Assembly: GCF_006345805.1 (NCBI RefSeq) | Contig: NW_021832534.1 | Span: forward strand, 1 to 64,000 | Direction of reading: 5' to 3' | DNA from: Octopus sinensis | Lineage: Eukaryota | DNA length: 64,000 nucleotides | Shown here: positions 39,650 through 52,496 of the stretch, piece after piece | Position numbering within the stretch: position 1 is the stretch's first letter | How the letters are laid out: each line of letters starts with the position of its first letter | Notes under the pieces: model-generated | Database searches by the model: none | Told to the model about the DNA's origin: nothing | What the model saw: the letters and a program-made list of their open reading frames with translations, nothing else | Program-made: the position numbers and the translations under genes

Positions 39650-40030
39650 TGTATGCAGTGAAAAAGGCGACAGTTAGTAGAGAATTCTTGATTGCCGTTT
39701 GCCACCATTAACTCACTTCCGTTTTCAAATTCAATCTGAACAGCGAGAGCAACTTAATTATCATTGTATTCAGACACAAACAAAGAGCTGTCACCACTGA
39801 AATTCGATCCTGAAACCTTTTAATCGAACTTCCCTTGAAAATCTAGACCCTAAAAGGCCGTTATGAAAGAATATTTAAGTGAATCAATGAAGTAGAAATA
39901 TAGAGAATGTTGCACGAGGCGGCCATTGTGTGAGCAGACGAGAATTTTAATCAATTGATTGACAGATTGGTGTAACAACAGTGGGGGGTGCAGTAGCGGT
40001 GGTGCGGTATAATAAGGGGGTAGGGCCCTT
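39650..40030 (-). promoter_or_regulatory. Second CpG-enriched promoter-like patch
   Basis: About a dozen CpGs, GGCGGCCATT (YY1-like) at 39918-39927, ACTTCCG (ETS-like) at ~39715-39721, and a minus-strand donor GGAA|GTGAGT at 39717. Confidence 0.4.
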
Positions 40031-40443
40031 TTAGTAGTGTGCAGTAGTAGCGGTGGTGGTAATAGAATTTTTTGTTGCTCTTGTTTTAGTTGTAATAGTT
40101 GTATTAACCATGATGTGACATGCGGGAGGAATGTAATGATTGTAGCTGTGTATAGTAACTAGTGTTATGGTGGTGGTGGTGGTGAGACGGGATGTAGCGG
40201 AGATTTCTTTTGTCTTGAAATATTACGGTGGTGGTTAAGGTAAGGGGTGCCAATGCTGGTTATATAACGTTTGTTGTTGTAATAACGTTGTTGCGGTTGA
40301 GGTGGGAATGGTGGTGCAATTGGTTTTGGTGTGGTGGTTGAGGTGGTAGTGGAAAGACGGTTTTGAGGCAGGCTGCATGTCCAATACTACTGACAACGAA
40401 CGCAACAATGAGAACTATACAACACATATTTATATACACACAC

Positions 40444-40605
<162 letters not shown>

Positions 40606-40819
40606 TATAGTATATGTATATATACCTTGATGTACATGTATTTATAAATGTTATTTTATACGTTTTTTGGGTTTTTTTCATTATAGAGGTGTACAAATGG
40701 AAACAAGCAGCATTGAAGCTATGTTGTGTGAATTAAAAGTATTTCTAAACAGGATTCAGTTCCCCATTATCTGACATCTGTGAAACATATGAAGGTAATG
40801 TAGAGGTTGGATCACTTTC

Positions 40820-40869
<50 letters not shown>

Positions 40870-41204
40870 AAAACTGTTTGATTCATCTCTGTGACTCAAA
40901 GTTCTGCAGGCTTCTTAGAGAAACTTACTTCATTCAGGTTCATTTTACTGGGTGTATATATATATTATATATATATATATATATAGTGTAAACTGACTTA
41001 GTGGTTGTTATAACCGACTAAGGGATAAAATATGTGTGTATACTACGTCACCTATTTTGTTACGTCATGCTTTGTGTTAAAAAATTAAAAAATAAGCTAT
41101 AAAGATGGTCCAGTCGACGTGTTTGTTAATCTGAGGTTTTCTCCATTTCCTGATTAGAGAAAGAGAGAGATTGGCTGCTTGTTTCTCTGGGATTGGCCAA
41201 ATCA

Positions 41205-42545
41205 ATGTAGATTTTGTATTGAAATGGGCTCCGACATTTTCCCTCTAACATTCACCCTACCATTCATGTCTTCATGAAAATACCTAACCAAAGCAAGGAA
41301 CTTTTCAGGACACCCAAGTTTCTGGAGGACTTTCCTCAATGCTTTTCTATTGACTGTATCAAAGGCTTTTGTCAGATCGAGAAAAACCTGATATAAATCC
41401 AGACCCTGTTCCACACACTTCTCCTGAAGCTGTCTAGCTGAAAAGATCATATCAGCAGTGCCATGTCCCACACGAAAGCCAGATTGACTTTCTGGAAGAA
41501 CACAATCTGCAACATATTTCAGCAGACGATCCAGAAGTATCCTGCATAAAACCTTTCCTATGACAGACAGCAATGATACTCCCCTATAATTACCACAATC
41601 ATTCATGTTGCCCTTTCCCTTATATAGGACCACCATTACTGTATCTCTCCAGTCCTCAGGTACAGATTCACTAGTCCATATCTTACTAAACAAAGAGTGA
41701 AGTTTCTGCAGAAGTTTCTCACCACCATGCTGTTACAGCTCCGCATGTATGCCATCCATACCCGGAGACTTCCCATTATTCAACCTTGAGACAGCCATTG
41801 CAACTTCTTTCAACTTTGGTGGTTCTGCGAGTGCTGCCTTCACAGGTAATCCAGGGATGAGATTGAGAACATCCTCACTAACTACAGACTGCTGATTCAA
41901 AAGTTCATAAAAGTGTTTTTGCCACCTTCACAGAATTCCTTGTGAATCACGAAGTTCTTTACCATCCCTGCTTCGAAGTGGTGTCATCGGGGAAGACGTC
42001 GGTCCATAAACTTCTCGCGAGAGACCATACAACAGCTTTGTGTTATTGGAATCTGATGCCGCCTGTATCTCGTCAGCCTTCTTACTCCACCACGTATCCC
42101 TCATCTGAGAGAGCCTTTGCCTCACACGTGATTTTACGTCTTCGAATTCCCTATGCAACACTTCCCTTTCCTGTGGCTTTGCTGACAAATAGCGTGACAA
42201 AGTACGTCTTTTATCAGCCAATAAATCATCTATATGTTCATCATTTTCTTTAAACCAATCTTGATGCTTTCTTTGTATCAATCCCAGAACGTTCTTGCCT
42301 ATATCATAAACTGACTTTTTAAGGGTCAGCCAATCCTCCCCAATATCTGCAGCATTCATTTCCTCTCGTAAAGTTCTCTTCACACTATTACACCTATGAC
42401 AATCAACATTCAGTCTTTTAGGCAGAGTAATCCCTACAGCTCGGATTTTATGATTTCTGACTAGTTTCACTTTTGCACGTACAAGGCAGTGGTCAGTCCA
42501 AAACTCAGCTCCATGAAGAACACGAACACACTGCACGTCCTGTCT
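41205..42545 (-). mobile_element. RTE-clade LINE ORF2 fragment (endonuclease C-terminus to N-terminal RT domains)
   Basis: WTDHCLVRAKVKL; NYRGVSLLSVIGKVLCRILLDRL..LPESQSGFR..DMIFSARQLQEKC..DLTKAFDTV. Frameshifted and truncated before YADD. Confidence 0.92.
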
Positions 42546-42811
42546 GTCACTGATTCTATCTGAATCTTCATCTTACTTTATATATATATATATATATATA
42601 TAAATGTATGTATATTTTTCAGTGTGTACAAATAACAAGGCAAAAATAAATAAATAGTTATCAGATTAAAATGGCTTATTGATGAAATGATTGCATTGTT
42701 TTACATCATTTTTATTCCCTCCAGAATAATCTCAATGCTCTTTTTGAAACATATGTTGGAAGTATAAATGATTTGAATAACACCTGTGTTTCACTCCATT
42801 TCTTAATTTAC

Positions 42812-42857
<46 letters not shown>

Positions 42858-42859
42858 AT

Positions 42860-43215
42860 GTATCATCATCATCATCGTTTAACGTCCGTTTTCCATGCTA
42901 GCATGGGTTGGACGGTTCAACAGGGGTCTGGGAAGCCAGGAAGCTGCACCAGGCTCCAGTCTGATCTGGCAGAGTTTCTACAGCTGGATGCCCTTCCTAA
43001 CGCCAACCACTCCGAGAGTGTAGTGGGTGCTTTTTATGTGCCACCTGCGCAGGTGCTAGACGAGGCTGGCAAACGGCCACGATCGGATGGTGCTTTTTAC
43101 GTGTCACCGGCACGGGGGCCAGTCGGGGCGGCGCTGGCAACAGCCACGTTCAGATGGTTCTCTTACGTGCCACCGGCACTGCTATCTCAGCTACAATTTC
43201 CATTAATGTTGAAAG
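42860..43215 (-). mobile_element. RTE 3' UTR fragment (well preserved)
   Basis: CATCATCGTTTAACGTCCGTTTTCCATGCTAGCATGGG.. Confidence 0.85.
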
Positions 43216-43519
43216 ATTTCGATATATATATACACACACATCTAATATCGGATAAAATTTTCAAAAAACTTTATTAGTGGCCAGCATATTTAAAAAATAC
43301 CTTTTAAGATGAAAATTATAAACAACTTATAAATAAGGGCAAAAGAAAAAATTCTTATACCAAATATGCTGAGAAATAGACTTTAGATTGTCAATAACCA
43401 CATATAATTCATCACTAAAAGCATACGTCTTGAAGCATGCTGACAGAAATTTCTTTAAAATTCTGTTATCACTGGATCGGTCCAATTCTAAGTCGTAAGA
43501 ATATATACAGATGTACAGA

Positions 43520-43700
43520 CACTTTTATTAAAGCTGCAAAAAAATATTCCCAAACTGTTACTCAGAGTTTCATGTTACTGTTCGTCAGACAATTGTGATT
43601 ATACAGCTTCTTTGCTGTATGGGAAGATTTCCTGCAGCTTTAATAAAAGCATATTACTCTACCTTTGGTATTCAAGTATCATTTTTCTACCCCCTTGCTT
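43520..43700 (-). mobile_element. Short inverted-repeat element with hammerhead-like motif
   Basis: 17-bp perfect inverted repeat at 43522-43538 and 43633-43649, enclosing the motif at 43553-43594. Confidence 0.6.
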
Positions 43701-43852
43701 TGCATTTATGTGTTACTCATATATATATAGACAGACAGATAAATAGATAGGTAGACAGATACTTATACACCTGTGTGTGTGTGAGTATATATATGTGTGT
43801 ATATATATAAATATATGTATACAGTGAAAACACAATAAAGTAAGTGTATATA

Positions 43853-43885
<33 letters not shown>

Positions 43886-44310
43886 GTATACAGGTGAAAA
43901 CACAATAAAGTAAGTGTATATATGTGTGTGTGTGTGTGTGTGTGTATCTAATTTTCTGACAATGTATGAACAAATGCGAGTTATCTTCCAAAACCCTTTC
44001 TTAATAAATGAGCCTCAAAGAGTTAACGCATCATATCATGTAGTATCCCCTCTGAAGGGGTCTCACCACCCATTGTGTCTCTCCTCCTAGGGGTCTTCTC
44101 CCCCTCCCCTCCCCTCCCCCAGGGATCTCACCAACCAGAGAATAATCAAACAAGATTCTGTTTCAAAAGATTTGTAACTAGAAACAAAAATTTACCCTTG
44201 CACTATTGCACACAAATTGAAGGCCTAGGTGGACGTGTGTGTGTGTGTGTGTACAGGAAAATACACACACCCACATATACATATACACAAGTATATGTAT
44301 ATGTGTGTTA

Positions 44311-44382
<72 letters not shown>

Positions 44383-44474
44383 GTATGTGTGTGTTTATAT
44401 ATATACATATACACATCTATGTGAATAAATACATAAATATATGAATATGTATGTATTTCTGTGTGTAATATATA

Positions 44475-44531
<57 letters not shown>

Positions 44532-44883
44532 ACATACATATATACATGTGTGTGTGTGTGTAATATATATATGTTTATATATAGATATGTATTTGTATAT
44601 TCATTTATATATTTGTGTGTGAATATATTGTCATCATTACCATCATCATCATCATCATATATACACATGTATATACACACATATGCATACAAACATGCCC
44701 ACACCCATGGATAACCATGTGTAGAGAAAAAGATTCAATTATTGTCACCACGATATGTGCACCGCAGTTGTGCAGCGAGAATTTATGCACATGATATTTA
44801 CATTCCCAATGCAATGATGCATATACATACATACATACACTCAGATATATATGTATATATATATATTTACATATATATATATT

Positions 44884-44974
<91 letters not shown>

Positions 44975-45049
44975 TTATATTTATGTATATATATATTTAT
45001 ATACATATTTATATATGCAGACAGAGACACACACACACACACACACACA

Positions 45050-45080
<31 letters not shown>

Positions 45081-46179
45081 CATACATATATATATATATG
45101 TGTATGTATATATTTGTATGTATGTCCAAACGTTGCAACATATATATACACGAAACATCACTGCTGTCTTTTTTTTCCCAGTGCAGTTGCACAAATGTAA
45201 ATCTAGATATGTGCACACATACATGAAATGTATGGTGCAAAATAAATGCAATTGTATGCAGATGTGCATTCGTGTATAAAGAAGCTGTGCCGTAGCGAGG
45301 CATTCAGTTGTAAATAAGTATCTATTTCCATGTGTGCATACATAACAAATCTATTTGCAGCGGCGGCAGAAATCGATGCAGCAAGCACACATGCACATGA
45401 GTGTGTGTGTGTGTCACAAAACCATTGTTTGATGTACCATTTAGATCAAGCCACAGTGTTGTTGTTGTTGTTGTGGGTGTTGTTGTTATTTAGCCCCTAG
45501 GTCAGCCCTCAGCGAAGAGGATCCTGATCAAAAATACTCTGATCGGGATTATATTATGCGTACTTCCTTTTATTGTAAAAGAGCAGAGTGATTTGGAAGA
45601 GGTCTGGCTGTTATTTCTAGTAGGTGGCTTACCTCGTTGACCTAGAGTTGTTGATGTTTGGCCCCAGATTAATTCTGACCCAGAAGACTTATGGTCAAAA
45701 GCATTCTAGCCATGACCATCCCATATTTTAATCATGTTATGTAGGACAATAGTATTCAGTGTGTCATCTCCTTAATTAAGAAAGAGGTGTTGTTTGATGG
45801 AGATTTAGCTGCTATTTCTAAAAGACTGAGTAAGCACAGAGAGGGGCTGTAATATTGTGCAAGCTTCCAATAATGTGCAGCAAGATGCAATTGTTAAAAA
45901 GTAATGTTGTGAGTCAGCAATTAGCGGAAGTACTGCAACAAGGTCACTGCACTAATTGGTGCACTTTTGTGCACCAATTATCTAATGAATACGATAAAGG
46001 TTATTGGTTGGTGCTCATTGTATTACTTGGCACCACTGTACATTACTGAATAGGAGCTAGTAGGCTAGAAATGGCAGCCAGATAGCCTCTAATTATGCCA
46101 CACTGCTTTAGCAAACAGATGTGAGATAATGCAATCCTAGGGTTTGAAATCAAAACAGACAGGGTGGTCATTTTTGGAA

Positions 46180-47880
46180 TCCCTTTTACCACATTTTCCT
46201 CAGCTCTCTGGCTAGGTCCTGATATTTCCCAATTTTTTTCAATTCTTTTGGAATTGACACTGCTGTCTAAGGAAATTGCAAAATCTATCATCTTACACTG
46301 TTTGTTTATTTAATCCTCTCTAATCATATCTGGTTTTCTTGCTTCAAGAGTAGGTTCAGTTTTTTATAGAGAAATCCCACAAGATCTTGTAATTCTCATG
46401 TTTTTTCACAGCCTCTGATTCATGGTCATACCATTTTGCTGTTGTTTTGAAGCTAACATTCCAATACATTCTTTGACCTACACAGTCATGTCTCCACTTT
46501 CAGGGTGGGGGAGCAAAACCCTACAAAATTGCTGTAACATTTGAAACTCTCTCATTGCGCATCAATACGTTTAGTGATTCAAAAATAGGTTCATAACATT
46601 CACATATCATTACAAAACAAATACTTTATTCAATGTGGCTTCCATTGGTTGCAATGCTGACCTCCACAACTCTGCACAGCTCTTCACCACAAAGTCACTG
46701 GATATCCTGGCCCACTCCTCATTGATGGCAGCTTTCAGAGAGTTGATGTTGGGCTGGGAAGTTTTGTTGATGGCATGCTCCATGACCAGGGCTGGATGTT
46801 TTGATCTGAAGGTGTTCCTGATGTCAGCTGTTGATACCACAAGGTACTGGTCATTTCTGCAGTTCACAACAGCATCCACTGAGAAGATCTTTCTATCAGA
46901 GAAGATTTTCACAGTGGACCCATTCTTATTGAAGTATGTAAGAGCCTTTTTGCATCTCTTCAGTATTCTGGCTTTCATAGGTTCTGTCTTGATGTCCTGG
47001 TGTAAGACTTGAGGCCCGAGTCATCATTCATAGCTGTTCTGATGGTCTTGGGTTTCATTTCAAATTCAAAAGCCAGCTTCCTCATCGATGTGGTTGGGTC
47101 CATAGAAATTTTAGATTTGAGGGTGTTGATAAAGTCTTGACTCCACTTCTTGTTGGTCCCACCACTGCCAGACTTCATCTGAATGCCGTTGCCCATGTCC
47201 ATTCTGTTCTTGGTGTTATAAACTGTGCATAAGGATACTCCAACTATGCTTAAGATCCTCTTCAGATCGACTTGTGCATGGACCAAATCACACACTCTTT
47301 GGTGTTTGTCTTCCTGCACGGTCATATTCTCCAATATTCCTGCATAAAAGGAGTTCATTATTAGCAGACAATGGATTCTTTGTTCTGCCTTAGATTTCAT
47401 ATCATTTGGTGTTGTGGTTTCTGTGAAATATTAGTGTAACTTTTAATGCAAGTTTTGCTTCCCCCACCCTGAATACCCCTTTGTTGGTCAGTATTTTGGA
47501 CTCACTCAAAATATGATACTTTCATCTCCTTTTCTGAAGATTCTACATTTGTTGTCTCACTGAGGTTCGTTGATCTTTGCCTTTGTCACATTTATTCTAA
47601 GAGTTTGTTCCTGAGCAGCTGCAATTAGTACTTCTGTCTCTTGTCTCACATTCCTGCCTGTCAGCCATCAGCCAGCAAATTTTACTAGCAATATATTTTT
47701 GGCTTGTTGCAGGCATCGGCCATGGAGCTCCATTTCTTTCTCTTTGTTTATTCTGTTGTTCTTCCTTTTTTCTTAGAAATATTTTACTGTTTTGGTCAAC
47801 TTTTTGCGTAGCTCTAGTTGGGACTAGTATTCTTTCATTATTCTGTACAACTTAATTTTCCAAACCCATCTGTCTTTAGA
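46180..47880 (-). mobile_element. R4/Dong-clade LINE C-terminus (zinc knuckle + restriction-like endonuclease), split by a mariner insertion
   Basis: 47880-47472: WLTGRNVRQETEVLIAAAQEQTLRIN..KCRI. 46500-46180: WRHDCVG..KWYDHE..ENYKILWDFSIKTE..ARKPDMI..CKMIDFAISLD..KRIEK, the PD-(D/E)xK layout of RLE LINEs. Confidence 0.85.
46501..47471 (-). mobile_element. Internally deleted Tc1/mariner transposon (probably maT-like)
   Basis: TIRs CAGGGTGGGGGAGCAAAAC and AGTTTTGCTTCCCCCACCCTG. ORF remnants MTVQEDKHQRVCDL..GSGG..DPTTSMRKLA and KIFSDRKIF..RNDQY..KHPALVM, joined directly to C-terminal LKAAINEEWA, so the rest of the catalytic core is deleted. Confidence 0.9.
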
Positions 47881-47913
47881 TTCTGAGATCAAATTCCACC
47901 AGGGTCAATTTCT

Positions 47914-48845
47914 CCCTTCCTAACACCAACCACTCTGTGAGTGTGGTGGGTGCTTTTTACATGCCACCAGTACAGGTGCCAGGGGAGGCTGGCAATGGCC
48001 ACGATCGGTTGGTGCTTTTTACGTCCCACCTGCACGGAAGCCAGTCAAGGTGGCGCTGGCATCGGCCATGTTCGGTTGATACTTTTTACACACCATCGGC
48101 ACAGGTATCACAACTACAATTTCCATTTGATTTTTATTTGATGTTGATGTACTTGACACAATAGGCCCCCTCAAGCACAGCAGGTTGCCCTACGATCCAA
48201 GGTAACCACAGTAGGCTGTCCTACAATCCAAGGTACTTTGGATGGGCTGGGGCTTCTTTGTGAAACTGGTGCAGGAAACAGCCATGAACTCATTATATTT
48301 GTCGAGTCTTCGCAGTCACAGCATATCTCCAGAGGTCTCAGACTTTCGTCATTGCCTCTGTGAGACCCAACATTCGAAGGTCATGTTTGACCACCTCATC
48401 TCATGTCTTCCTGGGTCTACCTCTACCCCGGATTCCTTCAACTGTTTGGGAGTGGCACTTCTTCACACATCTCTCCTCATCCATCCGTAGTACATGACCA
48501 TACCAGCGCAAACGTCCCTCTTGCATGCCACATGTAATGCTTCTTATGTCCAGCATTTCTCTCAGGGTGCTTACACTCCGTCGTGCATGGACACTGACAT
48601 TACACATCCAGTGGATCATGCTAGCTTCATTTCTTTCAAGCCTACGCATGTCCTCTGCAGTGACAGCCCATGTTTCACTATTGTGAAGCATGGCTGTTCG
48701 CACACATGCGTCATACAATCTACCTTTTACTCTGAGTGAGAGACCCTTTGTCACCAGTAGGGGTAGAAGCTTTCTAAACTTTACCCAGATATTCTTATTC
48801 TAGTGGTAACATTCTCTGAGCATCCACCTCCACTACTAACTTGGT
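47914..48845 (-). mobile_element. RTE LINE 3' part: ORF2 C-terminus contiguous with the long 3' UTR
   Basis: TKGLSLRVKGRLYDACVRTAMLHNSETW..RLRWYGHVLRM..GRGRPRKT, then a UTR matching the dispersed GGAAGGGCATCCAGCTG repeat. Confidence 0.92.
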
Positions 48846-49132
48846 CACTACTATATATATATATATATGCACACATATACATGCATATGTATGTACATAT
48901 GCATGTATATTATATATATATGTATATGTATGTGTGTGTGTGTGTGAGTGTGTAAAATAATAATGAGAGCTTCAGATATCTTTAAAAATGCACGAACAAT
49001 GGACAAATAATGGATTTTGTTTCCTGGACATACATTTAAATTATAACTAAAAGCTAAACTTCAAAATTCAGTAGGCAAAAGGCCATGATAAGATTCAGTG
49101 TAGTTGGCAGAGGAATGCATATGTATGCATAT

Positions 49133-49194
<62 letters not shown>

Positions 49195-49216
49195 TCATCA
49201 TCATCATCATCATTTA

Positions 49217-49296
<80 letters not shown>

Positions 49297-49370
49297 TATC
49301 ATCATCATCATCATCATCGTTTAGCATATATATATATATACATGTATATTATATATCACATCATCATCGT

Positions 49371-49480
49371 TAAGACAAACAAAAAAATGTTCATTTTCAT
49401 AGCATTTTTGTTTGTCTTAATAACTGACGAGATGCCAGAGCAGATTTCCGCCCCAACATCCAAAACTCAGAGTTTTATTA
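49371..49480 (+). mobile_element. Hairpin followed by hammerhead-like motif (short Penelope-like remnant)
   Basis: Inverted repeat at 49371-49389 and 49403-49419. Motif TAATAA CTGACGA GATG..CATC C AAAA CTCAGAG T T TTATTA. Confidence 0.5.
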
Positions 49481-49513
49481 TGGCAACCGAATAATTGTCA
49501 CATATTATATTAC

Positions 49514-49550
<37 letters not shown>

Positions 49551-49874
49551 TGGAAAAGAGATGTTAAAATATAAAAGAGAATTTTAATTCATGCAGCGAT
49601 ATAAAAATCATGCAAATTCATGGTGGAATAGAATTAATTGAATTAATTAGATTAAATTAAATTAATTATATATCGCTGTACTCTTTAGAGTAAGAAGTAT
49701 AAACAAAATTTTTACAAAGGACTTGAGAAAGGGAAAAGCAGAATAGAATCTAGGAGATTCCTATTTATCCTTATGAGAAAGCAAGAGATATGGGAGTCCA
49801 GTTAGGTGTTAACTATAACTAAAGGCTGTAACAGTTATTTGAAAATACGTTAGAGAGACAAATCTAATTCAACC

Positions 49875-49911
<37 letters not shown>

Positions 49912-50102
49912 TTTGTATTCTCCCTTATTGTATCTTATTTTAATTTATTTTATTTATAATAAACCTTTTTTGATGGCCTTTCAAAAATTCCTCACACTGA
50001 TGAGAATGACAATGCATAAATTTAATTATAATTACTATGATTATAATTTTTCCTTACATATTTGTATTGTCCTTTGAAACATGCGTATGTATTGAATCCA
50101 AT

Positions 50103-50212
<110 letters not shown>

Positions 50213-50600
50213 CAATTGAATTTTCCATGTGTAAACATGTACCACCTTACGACAATGTAAACTTTCATTTAATCAAGATATCCTTGGCCTGAAGAGTAGC
50301 CTACAGTATACACCTTGCTTGGATATTTACCATTTCGGAGGTTACTCATACTATAAAATATATGTAGTCAGGATCTTATCTACTCCATTCCTTAACTCTT
50401 GTATTCTTATCCACATACCCAGCAACCCTGGTTGCCTACCATGAAATATAAAAAGACCATTTTTCAGTTTATCGAAAAAATCCACAACCTTCCATCTCAC
50501 TAAATCACTCTTGTCCCTGAAATTTGTTTTTTATATTTACTACGGTTTGCTTGAAGCAAACTTTTCTCTTACACCTTGATCCTTGGATCTTATATTTATT

Positions 50601-50652
<52 letters not shown>

Positions 50653-50759
50653 TATATATATATAAGTTCATCAAAAATTTAGATTCAAATGAATATGGTA
50701 CTTAATTTAGATACACCAAAATTTTGTTTGGTGTTATCCATAAAAATCCGTGGGGTGGT

Positions 50760-50872
50760 TATAATCAAAATAAGCAACAAGAATGTTACTACATCATTTT
50801 ATTAAAATGATGTAGTACGAAACGATCGTACCAAATTACCGGAGTCGTTCTTGTTGCTTATTTTGATTATAT
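50760..50872. repeat. Nested inverted-repeat element
   Basis: 26-bp outer arms at 50760-50785 and 50846-50871. 14-bp inner hairpin at 50788-50816, then CGAAACGATCGTA. Confidence 0.8.
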
Positions 50873-51139
50873 ATATATATATGTCTTATCTTTTACTTAT
50901 TTCACTCCTTAGACTATAATTATGATGCAAAGAATTTTAGCTGAATAGATTGACTCCAGTAATTTTTTTCTTTTAACTGGTTCTTTATTCTGCCTGTTTT
51001 GCTGAACCACTAAGTTACAGTAAACTCACCAAGAACTGCTGTTAGGTAGTGGTGGGTGACTAACACAGACACAAAGACACACACACGAATATATAACATC
51101 ATCATCATCATCATCTGTTAAAGTCCGTTTTGCATGGCA

Positions 51140-51298
51140 CGGGTACGACAGGCTTCTTTCAGTTTCCATCTGTCTAATCCATTCACAAGGCTTTAATCAA
51201 CCCAAGACTATAATAGAAGACATCCAAGGTGTCATGCAGTGATGCTGAACCCAAGACCATGTAAGCTGGGAACCAAACACGCCCACACCTGCACCTAT
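51140..51298 (-). mobile_element. SINE family A head
   Basis: Reverse complement of the head, degenerate. Confidence 0.7.
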
Positions 51299-51304
51299 AG
51301 ATAT

Positions 51305-51689
51305 CATGGCACTCCGTCGGTTACAACGATGAGGGTTCCAGTTGATCCGATCAACAGAACAGCCTTCTCGTGAAATTAACGTGCAAGTGGCTGAGCACTC
51401 CACAGACACATGTACCCTTAACGTAGTTCTTGGGGAGATTCAGCATGACACAGAGTGTGTGACAAGGCTGGCCCTTTGAAATACAGGTACAACAGAAACA
51501 GGAAGAAAGAGTGAGAGAAAGTTGCAGCAAAAGAGTACAGCAGGGATCGCCACCACCCCCTGCCGGAGCCTCGTGGAGCTTTAGGTGTTTTCTCTCAATA
51601 AACACTCACAATGCCTGATCTGGGAATCAAAACCATGATCCTACGACCGCGAGTCCGCTGCCCTAACCACTGAGACATTGCACCTCCAC
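51305..51689 (-). mobile_element. tRNA-derived SINE family B
   Basis: Minus strand GTGGAGGTGCAATGTCTCAGTGGTTAGGGCAGCGGACTCGCGGTCGTAGGATCATGGTTTTGATTCCC is a tRNA-like head with A/B boxes. The tail is GATCGGATCAACTGGAACCCTC..GACGGAGTGCCA. Confidence 0.75.
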
Positions 51690-51725
51690 ATTATAGATAT
51701 ATATATATACATATGTATATATATA

Positions 51726-51941
51726 CAGGTGGGATGCAAAAGTAGGAATACAGTTATGAAAGAAGAAGACATGTACAATACTTATTTGTTTTTATCAAAA
51801 CAATTTAAAAAGTATTATTATGATTAATGACACTGAAAATATCAAAAAAATGAGGCTAACTTTTAATTTTTTTCATAAAAATAAATGAGAATTTTACGTG
51901 TTTTCTTTTTTCATAACTGTATTCCTACTTTTGCACCCACC
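51726..51941. mobile_element. Tc1/mariner-type MITE
   Basis: TIRs TA|CAGGTGGGATGCAAAAGTAGGAATACAGTTATGAAA and TTTCATAACTGTATTCCTACTTTTGCACCCACC; AT-rich, non-coding interior. Confidence 0.85.
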
Positions 51942-51944
51942 AGA

Positions 51945-52425
51945 GGTGGTATGTGATAAGTAGCTTGCTTACCAACCACATGGTTCCGGGTTCAGTCCCA
52001 CTACATGGCACCTTGGGCAAGTGTCTTCTACTTTAACTGAAGGCCGACCAAAAGCCTTGTGAATGGATTTGGTACTGGAAGAAGCCCATCATATATCTTT
52101 ATCTTTTATTAAACTTTTAATACTTTTGATATTTAAATACTTTTGATATTTAATACTTTTGATATTTAAAAAAAGTTTTTTTTTTAATTTTTAAATAAAA
52201 TAAGATAAATAAATAAATAATTAATTAATTAATTAATAAAATAATATATAAATATAAAAATATACATACATACATATATATATATTTGTATATATATATA
52301 TAAAATTTATAAGTTTAAATTATTTAAATAATTTTTTATGTTTAACTTTTAAATTAATTTTATGTATTGGCTTATGTTTTTCACTGTTTGATTTGCCTAA
52401 TAGTGGTTTTTTTATCTCTAATTTA

Positions 52426-52496
<71 letters not shown>

